From Candidatus Nomurabacteria bacterium (GTDB taxonomy: Bacteria > Patescibacteriota > Minisyncoccia > Phycocordibacterales > UBA9973), in assembly GCA_023267435.1 (NCBI GenBank), contig JAHFNH010000001.1, positions 174,839 to 238,838 of the forward strand: a DNA stretch of 64,000 nt, written 5' to 3'. A program made the position numbers and the translations under genes. Position 1 is the first letter of the stretch, and each line of letters opens with the position of its first letter. Shown one piece after another: positions 18,701 through 28,060 of the stretch. Below the pieces are notes generated by a model. That model made no database searches. It was not told the DNA's origin and saw nothing but the letters and a program-made list of their open reading frames with translations.

Positions 18701-19288
18701 TTATTTTTCAAACTTTGGGGCGTATTCTTTTTGATATTTTTCAGAACATTCCTTTAGGACTTTAATAGCCTCATCTGGGCCATAAAAAGTTTCAACGACA
18801 CCAGTACCAGGTTTCTTTAAATATTTTATATTTTCCCAGAAATACTTTGTCTGTGTTTTGAAGTATTCTCCTAAATCATCAACGTGCTTAATATGGTCAG
18901 AACGACGATCATCATTTAGTACTGCAATTATTTTATCATCAACTTCGCCTCCATCGATGAATTTCATTACACCGATAACACGCGCTTCTACCAATGACCC
19001 AGGAACGAGAGGTTCTGTTATATTTACGATTTCTACATCAAGAGGATCACCATCGTAATCCCAAGTCATAGGTATTGCTCCGTATGTAAAAGGATATGCC
19101 ATTGAAGAATATCCGACACGGTCAAGTTTCAACTGTCCTGATTCTGTGATCATTTCATATTTATTGATTGAACCAGCAGAAACTTCGATGATTGCATTAA
19201 TGACACCTTTCTCTTCATTCGTGAATGGAGGAAGAACGTGCAAAAGATTTAACATGTATTTACTTGGAGGAACATTTATATTTGCCAT
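18701..19288 (-). CDS. ppa: Inorganic pyrophosphatase
   Basis: Family I PPase motifs are present (DGDPLDV). Confidence 0.9.
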   Translation of the reverse strand: MANINVPPSKYMLNLLHVLPPFTNEEKGVINAIIEVSAGSINKYEMITESGQLKLDRVGYSSMAYPFTYGAIPMTWDYDGDPLDVEIVNITEPLVPGSLVEARVIGVMKFIDGGEVDDKIIAVLNDDRRSDHIKHVDDLGEYFKTQTKYFWENIKYLKKPGTGVVETFYGPDEAIKVLKECSEKYQKEYAPKFEK

Positions 19289-19315
19289 ATAATTTCAAAA
19301 ATTATTATTAAGATT

Positions 19316-20503
19316 TTATTCTTCTATTTTTTCGACTTTTTCTTCAGCTTCTTCTGTAATTTCAACTTTCTCACCATCCGCAGCTACGACTTCTTTGCCA
19401 TTTCCTTGTATGTCGATTCTCCAGCCGGTTAATTTAGCTGCGAGGCGTACGTTTTGTCCGCCTTTTCCTATTGCGAGAGAAAGCTGATCATCAGCCACTT
19501 CTATCACAGCTTTGTGGTCTTTTTCGTCTATCTTAATAGAAAGGACTTTTGCAGGTGAGAGGGAATTGGAAACGAATTCTTTTGGATCTTCGGACCAAGG
19601 AATGATGTCGATTTTTTCTCCGGAAAGTTCTGCTGTGACAGTATTTACGCGTGTACCTTTTTGTCCGACACATGAACCGACTGGATCAATATGTTCATCG
19701 TTTGAAAAGACAGCTATTTTTGAACGAGATCCTGCTTCTCGGGCTATGGATTTTATTTCCACGATACCGCTCTGCACTTCTGGGGCTTCAGCGGCAAAAA
19801 GCTTTTCCAAGAATTTCGGATGTGTGTGGGAAAGGCGAAGATTGATTCCTCTTGGTGTGTCTTCTACTGAGTAAAGATATGCACGTATACGAGCTCCTCT
19901 CTGGAAAAATTCACCTGGAATTTGTTCTTCAGCTGGCAAAATACCTGTGGCACGATTGAAATCAACATATACATTACCTCTTTCAACTTTTTGCACGATA
20001 CCGGAAACTATTTCTCCTTCCTTTATTCCATATTCGTCTATTATAGATGTGCGTTCAGCTTCACGAATTCTTTGGATTATGACTTGCTTGGCTGTCTGAG
20101 CGGCAATACGTCCATAATCGTCCTTTGATTCAAGAGGAAATACGACCTCATCATTGAGTTCTACATCTTTTTTTATTTTTTTCGCATCTTCAAGCAGGAT
20201 GTGGTGTTCAGGGTTGAAATGTGGGCGTTCGTCTCCTTCTTCTTTGACTGAGTATTCTTTTTCTTCTCCTTCCTCTTCCATTCTGACGATTGTTTCGTCG
20301 ACAACGATTTTAACTTGAAAGAAATCTGTTTTTCCTGTTTCTAAATCGAATTTAGCGCGAATTATCTGACCCTTCTTGCCGTAATCTTTTTTATAGGCGG
20401 CAGCCATGGCTTGCTCTATTGCGTCTAGAATTTTTTCTTTTGGAATTTTTCTTTCTTCTTCTAACTGTTCCAATGCTGATTTAAATGTTTTTATATCTAA
20501 CAT
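19316..20503 (-). CDS. nusA: Transcription termination/antitermination factor NusA
   Basis: N-terminal domain plus S1 and two KH domains. Confidence 0.9.
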   Translation of the reverse strand: MLDIKTFKSALEQLEEERKIPKEKILDAIEQAMAAAYKKDYGKKGQIIRAKFDLETGKTDFFQVKIVVDETIVRMEEEGEEKEYSVKEEGDERPHFNPEHHILLEDAKKIKKDVELNDEVVFPLESKDDYGRIAAQTAKQVIIQRIREAERTSIIDEYGIKEGEIVSGIVQKVERGNVYVDFNRATGILPAEEQIPGEFFQRGARIRAYLYSVEDTPRGINLRLSHTHPKFLEKLFAAEAPEVQSGIVEIKSIAREAGSRSKIAVFSNDEHIDPVGSCVGQKGTRVNTVTAELSGEKIDIIPWSEDPKEFVSNSLSPAKVLSIKIDEKDHKAVIEVADDQLSLAIGKGGQNVRLAAKLTGWRIDIQGNGKEVVAADGEKVEITEEAEEKVEKIEE

Positions 20504-20654
20504 ATGTAATTTTACTATTAAATTTTTACTAAAAAAGCCCTGTTGCGACAGGACTAATATTTAGTATATTATTTTATTTTGTTAAAAAAGTCAATATGCA
20601 CATCCTTTTCCACTTTTTCTTTGTTTTTTGGTTTATTAGGTATATAATTAACGC

Positions 20655-21836
20655 GTGAGTATTTTAAATAACGCAAAGTTTAAATTTTCGTTGAATAAAA
20701 ATACAAAACTATTTTTGATAGTTTCTGTTTTTGCAGTGTTGGCGGTTTTTTCTATTTTTTCTTCACCAAAAATAAAGGTTCAAGCTTCCAGTACGGACAA
20801 TGTTCTAGGTTACGCCTGGTCTTCAAATATCGGTTGGATAAGTTTGAATGGATCAAACTACGGAGTGAATATTGATTCTTCAGGAAATATGACTGGTTAC
20901 GCCTGGTCTTCAAATATCGGTTGGATAAAATTCGGCGGATTGTCCGGTTTTCCAGCTGGCGGTGGTGATGCTCATTTGTCTGGTAATACTTTGACAGGCT
21001 GGGCCAGAGCTTGTAGTGGCCAAAATAATCAAAATACTCCTCCTCCAAATCAAACTGTTGCCAACAATACTTGTACCGGCTCATCTCGTACTGATGGTTG
21101 GGATGGATGGATCAGTTTAAGTGGCGCATCTCCAGCTTATGGCGTGACAGTAGATACAACTTCTGGCAATTTTTTCGGTTATGGTTGGGGTTCAGATGTT
21201 GTCGGTTGGGTTGATTTTTCGCTAGTAAAATATAATCCTACTCTTGATATGTGTTTAAACATTACCGGAATTCAAACTAGTGTACCGGTCGGAATGATTG
21301 CAGACTCATCTGGAAATTGTGTTACTGGCTCTGGTGACATGTGCCCAAACATCTCTGGAATTCAAAATACTATACCAAATGGAATGATTATAGATTCTTC
21401 TGGAAATTGCGTCAGTTCTTCTGGCGACATGTGCCCAAACATTACCGGAGTTCAAGGCAGTATTCCAACTGGAATGATTACGGATTCTTTCGGAAACTGT
21501 ATTGCACCTAATGACATGTGTCCAAACATTATTGGAATTCAAACAACAATTCCTCAAGATATGGTTATCGATCCAACAACTGGTTATTGTTTCACTTCAA
21601 TCCAAACAGATCTTTGTCCAAATGATCCTGGAATTCAAACGACGCTTCCTTGTGCAAATGGAGATTTTTGCCCAGACCAGCCAGGAATTCAAACTACACT
21701 TCCTTGTCTTTCTATTATTCATATTTATCCTAGCTGTCATTTCGACGGAGTAAAAAATTACACGGAGACTGGCATAGATTGCGGTGGACCTGATTGTCCT
21801 AATTGTAAAAAACCACCAAAGTTTATTGAAGGATAG
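20655..21836 (+). CDS. Secreted repeat protein (GYAWSSNIGWI repeats plus a Cys-containing 30-aa tandem repeat)
   Basis: Signal peptide or TM at the N-terminus. The GYAWSSNIGWI(S/K) repeat occurs three times. The unit DMCPNI(S/T)G(I/V)Q..IP.GMI.DS.GNC occurs about four times. Confidence 0.6.
   Translation: MSILNNAKFKFSLNKNTKLFLIVSVFAVLAVFSIFSSPKIKVQASSTDNVLGYAWSSNIGWISLNGSNYGVNIDSSGNMTGYAWSSNIGWIKFGGLSGFPAGGGDAHLSGNTLTGWARACSGQNNQNTPPPNQTVANNTCTGSSRTDGWDGWISLSGASPAYGVTVDTTSGNFFGYGWGSDVVGWVDFSLVKYNPTLDMCLNITGIQTSVPVGMIADSSGNCVTGSGDMCPNISGIQNTIPNGMIIDSSGNCVSSSGDMCPNITGVQGSIPTGMITDSFGNCIAPNDMCPNIIGIQTTIPQDMVIDPTTGYCFTSIQTDLCPNDPGIQTTLPCANGDFCPDQPGIQTTLPCLSIIHIYPSCHFDGVKNYTETGIDCGGPDCPNCKKPPKFIEG
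21246..21600 (+). repeat. About 4 tandem copies of an 87-90 bp coding repeat
   Basis: Units beginning gacatgtgcccaaacat... are 75-90% identical. Confidence 0.6.
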
Positions 21837-21865
21837 TTTATTGTTTAAAATTTAATTAAAAAACT

Positions 21866-22513
21866 GTGAAAAAAGAAATAATTCAAACATTAAAAATAAT
21901 TACTCTCGGCACGTTATTCATTACCGGTGTATCTTTTGCTTCACCAGCAAATCCTCCTAGTAATAATGCGCCAACTCCCATAAATGTAGGCGGAGCTTCT
22001 CAGGTGAAAATCGGAGGATTGGGTACTGGGCCATTGGCTGTTTTCGGTCTTTCACAAATGTATGGCAATGTGAACATTAAAAATGATTTAGATAATACAG
22101 CGGGAAATTTATATGTATCGGGAAATATCGGCGTCGGAATTGCATCGCCTACAGAAAAGCTTGATGTAGCCGGAAATATAAAAATAAGTTCTGTCGCTCA
22201 TCCGACAGTTGCTTCTAATGCTCAAGTTTGCGCTGACACGACAGGTAAAATAGTTTCTTGCGGTAATAAATGCGGTTCGGCTCAAGGTATAACCGGTTCT
22301 AAACCTACGACAAATCTTTGCGCAGTCGGAACACCTCACACTGTTTATTCTGGTTATCCTGGCTGTACTCCAGGTGTCTATGATGCTTCTTGTCCTGATA
22401 CCGGTCTTCCTGCTCAAGGAAATACATATTCACCCAATGATACAAATCAATGGCTCTGGACTTGTGAAGGTGCGGGAGTTCCTGTTAGTTGTAATTCATT
22501 TAGACCTATATAA
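21866..22513 (+). CDS. Secreted protein, paralog 1 of the conserved-leader family (GTG start)
   Basis: Leader MKKEIIQTLKIITLG. Motifs PINVGG...GPLAVFG and LYVSGNIGVGIASPTEKLDVAGNIKIS. Confidence 0.6.
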   Translation: MKKEIIQTLKIITLGTLFITGVSFASPANPPSNNAPTPINVGGASQVKIGGLGTGPLAVFGLSQMYGNVNIKNDLDNTAGNLYVSGNIGVGIASPTEKLDVAGNIKISSVAHPTVASNAQVCADTTGKIVSCGNKCGSAQGITGSKPTTNLCAVGTPHTVYSGYPGCTPGVYDASCPDTGLPAQGNTYSPNDTNQWLWTCEGAGVPVSCNSFRPI

Positions 22514-22519
22514 ATTTAT

Positions 22520-23956
22520 ATGAAAAAAGATTTAATTCAAACACTAAAAATAATTACTCTCAGCTTGATGCTCAGCGCAGGCTTTGCTTTGGCCTGGACA
22601 GCGCCGACAAGTTCACCGACAGCTAATGATGCTACACCTCCGATAAATGTCAGTGGTATTGTTCAATTAAAAGACGGAGCTCTAGCCACTGGACCATTAT
22701 TGGTCAGTGGTCCTACCACGATTCACGGCAATGTAAGTATCTTGGGTGATACTTCTACTCCTCCTACCGGAGGCGGAAGTAGAACTGCAATGAAATTTTT
22801 AAATAATATTTTTGCATCATTTTTAAACACAGCTTTTGCTGTCGGAAATCAACCGACAACCCCGACTTTAACCGAAGTCACTCCTGTCGGCGTGAATGGT
22901 GTGACTTCCGACTCTACTCCGAATTATACTTTTAATTCAAACGTAGCGGGAACAATTTCCTTTACTGGTGGATGTACTAGTTCTACTTCCAGTGTTCCTT
23001 ATGGTAATACGACTGTTACTTTAAATCATTTATATAATGGTGTGTATAGTTGTACAGTTCAATTAACTACGACAGATGGCACTCTTTCAAATTTACTTTA
23101 CTTTGATTTTGAGATTCAAAACAATCCATCTCCGACACCAACACCTCTACCAACCAGTGATCTATATGTATCGGGAAGGGTTGGTGTCGGTGTTCCAGTA
23201 CCTACAGAAAAGCTTGATGTATCCGGTAATGTTAAAATTGCTTCTCTTCAAAATACAGCTGTTAAATTAGTGCGCATTTGCGCTGATCAATTTGGAAAAA
23301 TAATTCTTTGCCCAAGCGGATCTTCATCATCAATGGGTGGAACTTTATTTCCATCGTATAATATGACAAATGGAGATGGTACTTGGACTGTGCCTGACGG
23401 AGTTTTTCGTATTCATGTTAAAGTTTCCGGTGCCGGCGGCGGTGGTGGTGGCGCTTATGATCATTCGGGTGGTGCTGCCGGCGGTGGCGGTGGTGGCGGT
23501 GGATTTTCAGAAGGAGATTTAAATGTCGTTCCAGGGGAAACTTATTTTTATCATGTTGGAAAGGGTGGTGCTAGTGGTACTACTATCAATTCAACTGCTC
23601 CTGGTCAAAATGGCGGTAATGGTGAGTCTAGTAATTTTGATTACTTTTTTTCAGCTAGTGGCGGTGCGGGTGGAAAAGCAAGCTATCATTTAGGTGGCGG
23701 CGGTGGAGGTGGAATAACTATCCCTGGTGTTGGTGGTGTGTTTGGGACAGGAACAAATGCTAACGGAACATCAGGAGGAACTGGTGGATATAATATAAAT
23801 CAAGCAGGTAGTGGTGGTAATTCCGGTGGCTCTGGCATAGGAGGAAGTGGCGGTAATGGCGAAGGACCTCATTGTACCAGTTATAGCGGTTGTGATTCTG
23901 CCAATCCAGGTGCTAATGGTGGTATTGTTATAACTTGGAATAATTTAATAAATTAA
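22520..23956 (+). CDS. Secreted glycine-rich protein, paralog 2
   Basis: Leader MKKDLIQTLKIITLS. The C-terminal ~200 aa carry runs of 6-8 consecutive Gly (GAGGGGGGAY, AAGGGGGGGGF) and end IVITWNN. Confidence 0.6.
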   Translation: MKKDLIQTLKIITLSLMLSAGFALAWTAPTSSPTANDATPPINVSGIVQLKDGALATGPLLVSGPTTIHGNVSILGDTSTPPTGGGSRTAMKFLNNIFASFLNTAFAVGNQPTTPTLTEVTPVGVNGVTSDSTPNYTFNSNVAGTISFTGGCTSSTSSVPYGNTTVTLNHLYNGVYSCTVQLTTTDGTLSNLLYFDFEIQNNPSPTPTPLPTSDLYVSGRVGVGVPVPTEKLDVSGNVKIASLQNTAVKLVRICADQFGKIILCPSGSSSSMGGTLFPSYNMTNGDGTWTVPDGVFRIHVKVSGAGGGGGGAYDHSGGAAGGGGGGGGFSEGDLNVVPGETYFYHVGKGGASGTTINSTAPGQNGGNGESSNFDYFFSASGGAGGKASYHLGGGGGGGITIPGVGGVFGTGTNANGTSGGTGGYNINQAGSGGNSGGSGIGGSGGNGEGPHCTSYSGCDSANPGANGGIVITWNNLIN

Positions 23957-24004
23957 TTGTCGCGCTTTAATGGACAGTTGCGCGACACGATTTTGTAAAA
24001 TCGC

Positions 24005-25177
24005 ATGAATAAAAACATAATTCAAACACTTAAAATAATTTCATTCGGACTAGTACTCAGTGCTGGATTTGCTTTGGCTCAAATTTTTACCGGACCATTT
24101 TCAAATCCTCCTTCAGTAAACATTCCCGCTCCGATCAATGATAGTTCTTATGGACAGATTAAATCCGGAGGCTTGGGAGTGGGACCACTGACAGTTTTTG
24201 GAGACTCAGCTTTTTATGGCAAACAAAGTATTCTCACAAGCGGTAATTTATACGCATCAAACAAAGCAGGAGTTGGAATTTTACCGACAGCATCATCAGA
24301 AAATCTTGAAATAGCTAATACCGCTGGTTTAAATGGCCAAGGTGATATAAAAAATTACATGAAGACCAGTTCGCTTTCTCTTGCCAGCAACCCTTCTCCA
24401 TCTAAGATAAGAGAAGTTTGTTCAGATAGCTCTGGGAAACTTGTCTTGTGCGCTATTACAGCTGCGACTTCTGTTGCGCATGGATCTAAGACTTGGAATA
24501 TCAATGGCGGTTATTCATTCACTGTACCTCACGGCATTTCAAGTTTAGTTATTGAGACATGGGGCGCTGGTGCCGGCGGTGCCGGCGGAACTGGTGCTTA
24601 TGGTTCTGATGGTATAGGTGTCGGTGGTAACGGTGGCGGTGGAGGTGGATATGCTAAAACGACTATTACCGTAGCTCCAAATCAAGTCATGAATATAACT
24701 GTCGGAGAAAGAGGTGTCTATGGCACTGGGAGTGGTTCTGATGGCTTCGGTGCTACTTCGGGTGGTTTTGGTACTGACAGTTTTGTTTTGTCTAATGGAA
24801 ATTTAATATTGAAAGCTTATGGAGGACAAGGACAGTCCCCTGGTACAGGTGTGACGTCTCCAGGTGGAGGATTCCTTGCTGGTCCAGGTATTACTGGTAC
24901 AAATGGTCAGGCTGGTTTACCCGCAGGAACAGGTACTGGTTTTGGCACTTATGGCGGTACGGGAGGATATGGTGCAAATGGTGGTGCGGGTGGCAGTGGC
25001 GGTGGGTCTCCAACTGGTAATAGTGGCAATGGCTCTGATGGTTTGTGGGGTAATTCTGGTATTGCACCAGGCGGAGGCGGTCAAGGCGGAGGCGGTGCTG
25101 ATGCAAAAGCACTTTATGGTTATTCCGGTGGAGGTGGAGGATATGGTGCTGACGGACAAGTTAGAATTACTTGGTAA
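24005..25177 (+). CDS. Secreted glycine-rich protein, paralog 3
   Basis: Leader MNKNIIQTLKIISFG. Gly runs (GGNGGGGGGYAK) and the ending VRITW. Confidence 0.6.
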   Translation: MNKNIIQTLKIISFGLVLSAGFALAQIFTGPFSNPPSVNIPAPINDSSYGQIKSGGLGVGPLTVFGDSAFYGKQSILTSGNLYASNKAGVGILPTASSENLEIANTAGLNGQGDIKNYMKTSSLSLASNPSPSKIREVCSDSSGKLVLCAITAATSVAHGSKTWNINGGYSFTVPHGISSLVIETWGAGAGGAGGTGAYGSDGIGVGGNGGGGGGYAKTTITVAPNQVMNITVGERGVYGTGSGSDGFGATSGGFGTDSFVLSNGNLILKAYGGQGQSPGTGVTSPGGGFLAGPGITGTNGQAGLPAGTGTGFGTYGGTGGYGANGGAGGSGGGSPTGNSGNGSDGLWGNSGIAPGGGGQGGGGADAKALYGYSGGGGGYGADGQVRITW

Positions 25178-25223
25178 TTTTAATTAGTTTGTTTTTAATA
25201 TTAAAGTTTTTGTAATAAATAAA

Positions 25224-25502
25224 ATGAATAAAAAGAAAATTTATATAATTTCTATTGTCGTAATAGTTGTCATTGCTCTGGCTTTGGTTGGTTTTTATTA
25301 TTATAAAAATGTCAATAAACCACTTACTGAACAAGACAAGATTAATATTCTAGATCAGCTTAGTAAAGAATCAAAAAGCAATTACAACAACCAGCAAAAG
25401 GCTATTATTTTAAATAATTTATCCAGTTCTTCCAAAGATAGCAATGTCAGTAAGCTTACTAAAGAACAAAAATTGCAGCTTATGCAGTCGGCTGCGCAGT
25501 AA
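25224..25502 (+). CDS. Small single-TM protein
   Basis: 92 aa with the helix IYIISIVVIVVIALALVGFYYY. Confidence 0.4.
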   Translation: MNKKKIYIISIVVIVVIALALVGFYYYKNVNKPLTEQDKINILDQLSKESKSNYNNQQKAIILNNLSSSSKDSNVSKLTKEQKLQLMQSAAQ

Positions 25503-25507
25503 TCTCT

Positions 25508-26260
25508 ATGTTGAAGAAAAAAATAGTCATAGGCAATTGGAAAATGAATCCACCTGCTAAAAAAGAGGCGGAAAGCATTTTCAAGTCTGTTTTGAAAAAT
25601 TTAAATCCAAAAAGAAAAACTGAAGTGGTTATTTGTCCGCCGTTTTTATACTTGGAAAGTTTAAAAAAATTATCCAAAAAAGTTTCCTTGGGAGCGCAAG
25701 ATGTTTTTTGGGAGGAGAAGGGTGCTTACACTGGGGAAGTTTCTGCTGATATGATTTATAATATCGGCGCCAGATATGTGATATTGGGGCACTCTGAAAG
25801 ACGAGCATTAGGTGAATCAAATATTGATGTAAATAAAAAAATAAAACAATCATTTTCTGTGGGTTTGATTCCTGTTGTGTGCGTGGGAGAAAGTGTACGC
25901 GATGAAAATCATGAATATCTTAATTTTGTAAAAACTCAAGTTGAAGAATGTTTGTTTGGAGTCTCTAAGAATTTTATTTCAAAAGTAATCATTGCATATG
26001 AACCAGTCTGGGCTATCGGCAAGAATGCTGTACGAGAAGCAACGTCAGAAGAATTTCGGGAGATGAGCATTTTTATCAAGAAAATTTTGAGCGATAAATT
26101 CGGAGCGAAAACGATAGAACAGATCAGAATAATTTACGGCGGATCAGTTCATCCAGAAAATGCGTTAGGATTTTTACAGGAAGGCGCTGATGGTTTTCTA
26201 GCAGGACGCGATAGTTTGGACCCTAAAAAGTTTTCAGAGATTATAAAAATATGTAGCTAA
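25508..26260 (+). CDS. tpiA: Triosephosphate isomerase
   Basis: TIM motifs GNWKMN, GHSERR and VCVGES. Confidence 0.9.
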   Translation: MLKKKIVIGNWKMNPPAKKEAESIFKSVLKNLNPKRKTEVVICPPFLYLESLKKLSKKVSLGAQDVFWEEKGAYTGEVSADMIYNIGARYVILGHSERRALGESNIDVNKKIKQSFSVGLIPVVCVGESVRDENHEYLNFVKTQVEECLFGVSKNFISKVIIAYEPVWAIGKNAVREATSEEFREMSIFIKKILSDKFGAKTIEQIRIIYGGSVHPENALGFLQEGADGFLAGRDSLDPKKFSEIIKICS

Positions 26261-26344
26261 ACTTATTGAAATTTTTTCCCACTGCGCCCTTCTCGGAATA
26301 CCGAGTGAGACCCTCGCGGATAAAAAATTTCAATAAGTTTAGCT
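26255..26344. repeat. 23-bp perfect inverted repeat enclosing a 44-nt GC-rich core; fills the whole tpiA-pgk spacer
   Basis: Arms agctaaacttattgaaatttttt (26255-26277) and aaaaaatttcaataagtttagct (26322-26344). The core contains the hairpin ctcgg-aata-ccgag. Confidence 0.6.
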
Positions 26345-26351
26345 TTAAATT

Positions 26352-27425
26352 ATGAAGTCAATTAAACAAGTAAAAAATATAAAAGGCAAAGTTGTGCTAG
26401 TACGTGTTGATTTCAATGTGCCGATCAAAGACGGCAAAATAGAGGATCCTTTCAGGATAAAAAAAGCTCTACCCACTATTGATTTCTTACATAAGAAAGG
26501 GGCGAAAATAATTTTAATAACGCATTTGGGTAAAGACGGCAGTGCTAGTCTGGAACCAGTAATTAAATCTTTTTTTAAAATATCTAAATACAAAAAATCA
26601 GAAATAAGTTTTTTTGAGAATGTTCGAAAGTTTCCAGGGGAAGAAAAGAATGATCCAACTTTTACTCGCAAGCTCGCTTCTCTTGGTGATGTTTATGTAA
26701 ACGATGCATTTTCCGTGTCACACCGGGCGCATGCTTCAGTGGTAGGCATTCCAAAATATTTGCCATCTTATGCTGGTTTTCAGCTTGAAGCTGAAATAAA
26801 AAATCTTTCTAAAGCTTTGAATCCTAAACACCCATTTTTATTTATTTTAGGTGGAGCAAAATTTTCTACTAAGATGCCTTTGATTAAGAAATATTTAAAA
26901 CTCGCAGATTATTGTTTTATCGGCGGTGCTCTTTTGAATGATTTTTTGAAAGCTAAAGGTTATGAGGTTGGCAAGTCACTCATTGATAATTCGAATTATG
27001 GTATTGAAAAGATTTTAAAAAATAAAAAATTAATATTACCTGTAGATGTAGTGGTAAAAAGTAGTGGTAAGTTAATTAATAAAGGAGTCACTGAAGTCTT
27101 AAAAGATGAAATTATTTTAGATATTGGTAGTGAATCGATAAAAATGATTGAGCCTTACATAAAAAAATCCAAACTTATTCTTTGGAATGGTCCGCTTGGA
27201 AAATACGAGGCAGGCGGAGGCGGAGCAACAAAAAAAGTATTGAAATTTGTCGCGAAATCTAAAGCGGAAAGCATTATTGGCGGGGGAGATACAGTTGAAT
27301 TAATTTCAGAAATGAAAATGGAAAAAGATTTTTCTTTTGTTTCCACTGGCGGTGGCGCAACGTTAGACTTCTTGGCGAACGGCACTCTGCCGGGAATTAA
27401 AGCTTTAGAAAATTCTAAAAAATAA
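26352..27425 (+). CDS. pgk: Phosphoglycerate kinase (short form)
   Basis: N-terminal VRVDFNVP and a C-terminal nucleotide-binding region GGGA...GGGD. Confidence 0.9.
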   Translation: MKSIKQVKNIKGKVVLVRVDFNVPIKDGKIEDPFRIKKALPTIDFLHKKGAKIILITHLGKDGSASLEPVIKSFFKISKYKKSEISFFENVRKFPGEEKNDPTFTRKLASLGDVYVNDAFSVSHRAHASVVGIPKYLPSYAGFQLEAEIKNLSKALNPKHPFLFILGGAKFSTKMPLIKKYLKLADYCFIGGALLNDFLKAKGYEVGKSLIDNSNYGIEKILKNKKLILPVDVVVKSSGKLINKGVTEVLKDEIILDIGSESIKMIEPYIKKSKLILWNGPLGKYEAGGGGATKKVLKFVAKSKAESIIGGGDTVELISEMKMEKDFSFVSTGGGATLDFLANGTLPGIKALENSKK

Positions 27426-27513
27426 AATATAGATTTTTTTTGACAAAATACTATAAAAGTAGTAGATTGAGGATAAAGAAAAATAGTTCTAAACAATTTA
27501 AAAAACTACCCAC

Positions 27514-28005
27514 ATGAACTTCAAAGACAAGTATTCGCTTGAATTTGTGCAAAGCATAAAATCAAACGTTAACCATGAATTTTCTGTAAATAGATTTATA
27601 GAAAATAACAAAGATCTATTGATTTCTGTTACAAGCGGAATGAATGATCAAAATTTTCCACTGGAGCAGGATTTTGAGGGAGATGTTGATTTTATTTTTT
27701 TTAAATCTGACAGGGGAATATATCCCACTAATCAATTTGTTTCAGATGCAAAGGATGATGGTTATATTCTGACAGGAGTGAAAGGTATCGCATTTTTAGT
27801 TTTAAAAATTAAAGATAGTCCTTTTTTACCTAAGGACATTGCGATATTCTCTCCAAACAAGACTTTTTCTCCGGAAGATAAAAACAAAAGTTTGGCGCTT
27901 CCTTACTTTATTTCAAGAACATTGGGTGGCATAGCGCTTCATCATTCCAATGATTCCACAACTATGATAGCGGCAGAGAATTATGTAGTTTTAGGCAGGC
28001 AGTAA
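27514..28005 (+). CDS. Hypothetical protein
   Basis: 163-aa ORF. Confidence 0.4.
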   Translation: MNFKDKYSLEFVQSIKSNVNHEFSVNRFIENNKDLLISVTSGMNDQNFPLEQDFEGDVDFIFFKSDRGIYPTNQFVSDAKDDGYILTGVKGIAFLVLKIKDSPFLPKDIAIFSPNKTFSPEDKNKSLALPYFISRTLGGIALHHSNDSTTMIAAENYVVLGRQ

Positions 28006-28018
28006 TAAACAGACAACA

Positions 28019-28052
28019 AAAAGCCTCAATATAATATTGAGGCTTTTCTTTT
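28019..28052. terminator. Bidirectional intrinsic terminator
   Basis: Stem gcctcaata/tattgaggc plus a T-run. Confidence 0.7.
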
Positions 28053-28060
28053 TGTAAATT

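Noticed and set aside
20527-20560. Hairpin cctgt-tgcg-acagg with a T-run on the minus strand just upstream of nusA
   Set aside because: It is shaped like a terminator, but no minus-strand gene lies upstream within the window. It could be a nusA leader attenuator or end the operon's upstream gene if the gap holds a small RNA. The data do not settle which, so it is not listed as a feature.
21246-21600. CRISPR array considered for the 90-bp tandem repeats
   Set aside because: The units are contiguous, in-frame and coding, with no unique spacers and no cas genes. I call them protein repeats.
24864-25187. Overlapping ORFs in alternative frames and strands across the Gly-rich gene (24864..25187 +, 24891..25112 -, 24917..25159 -)
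   Set aside because: They are by-products of GGN codon repeats and encode His/Gln/Leu-rich nonsense.
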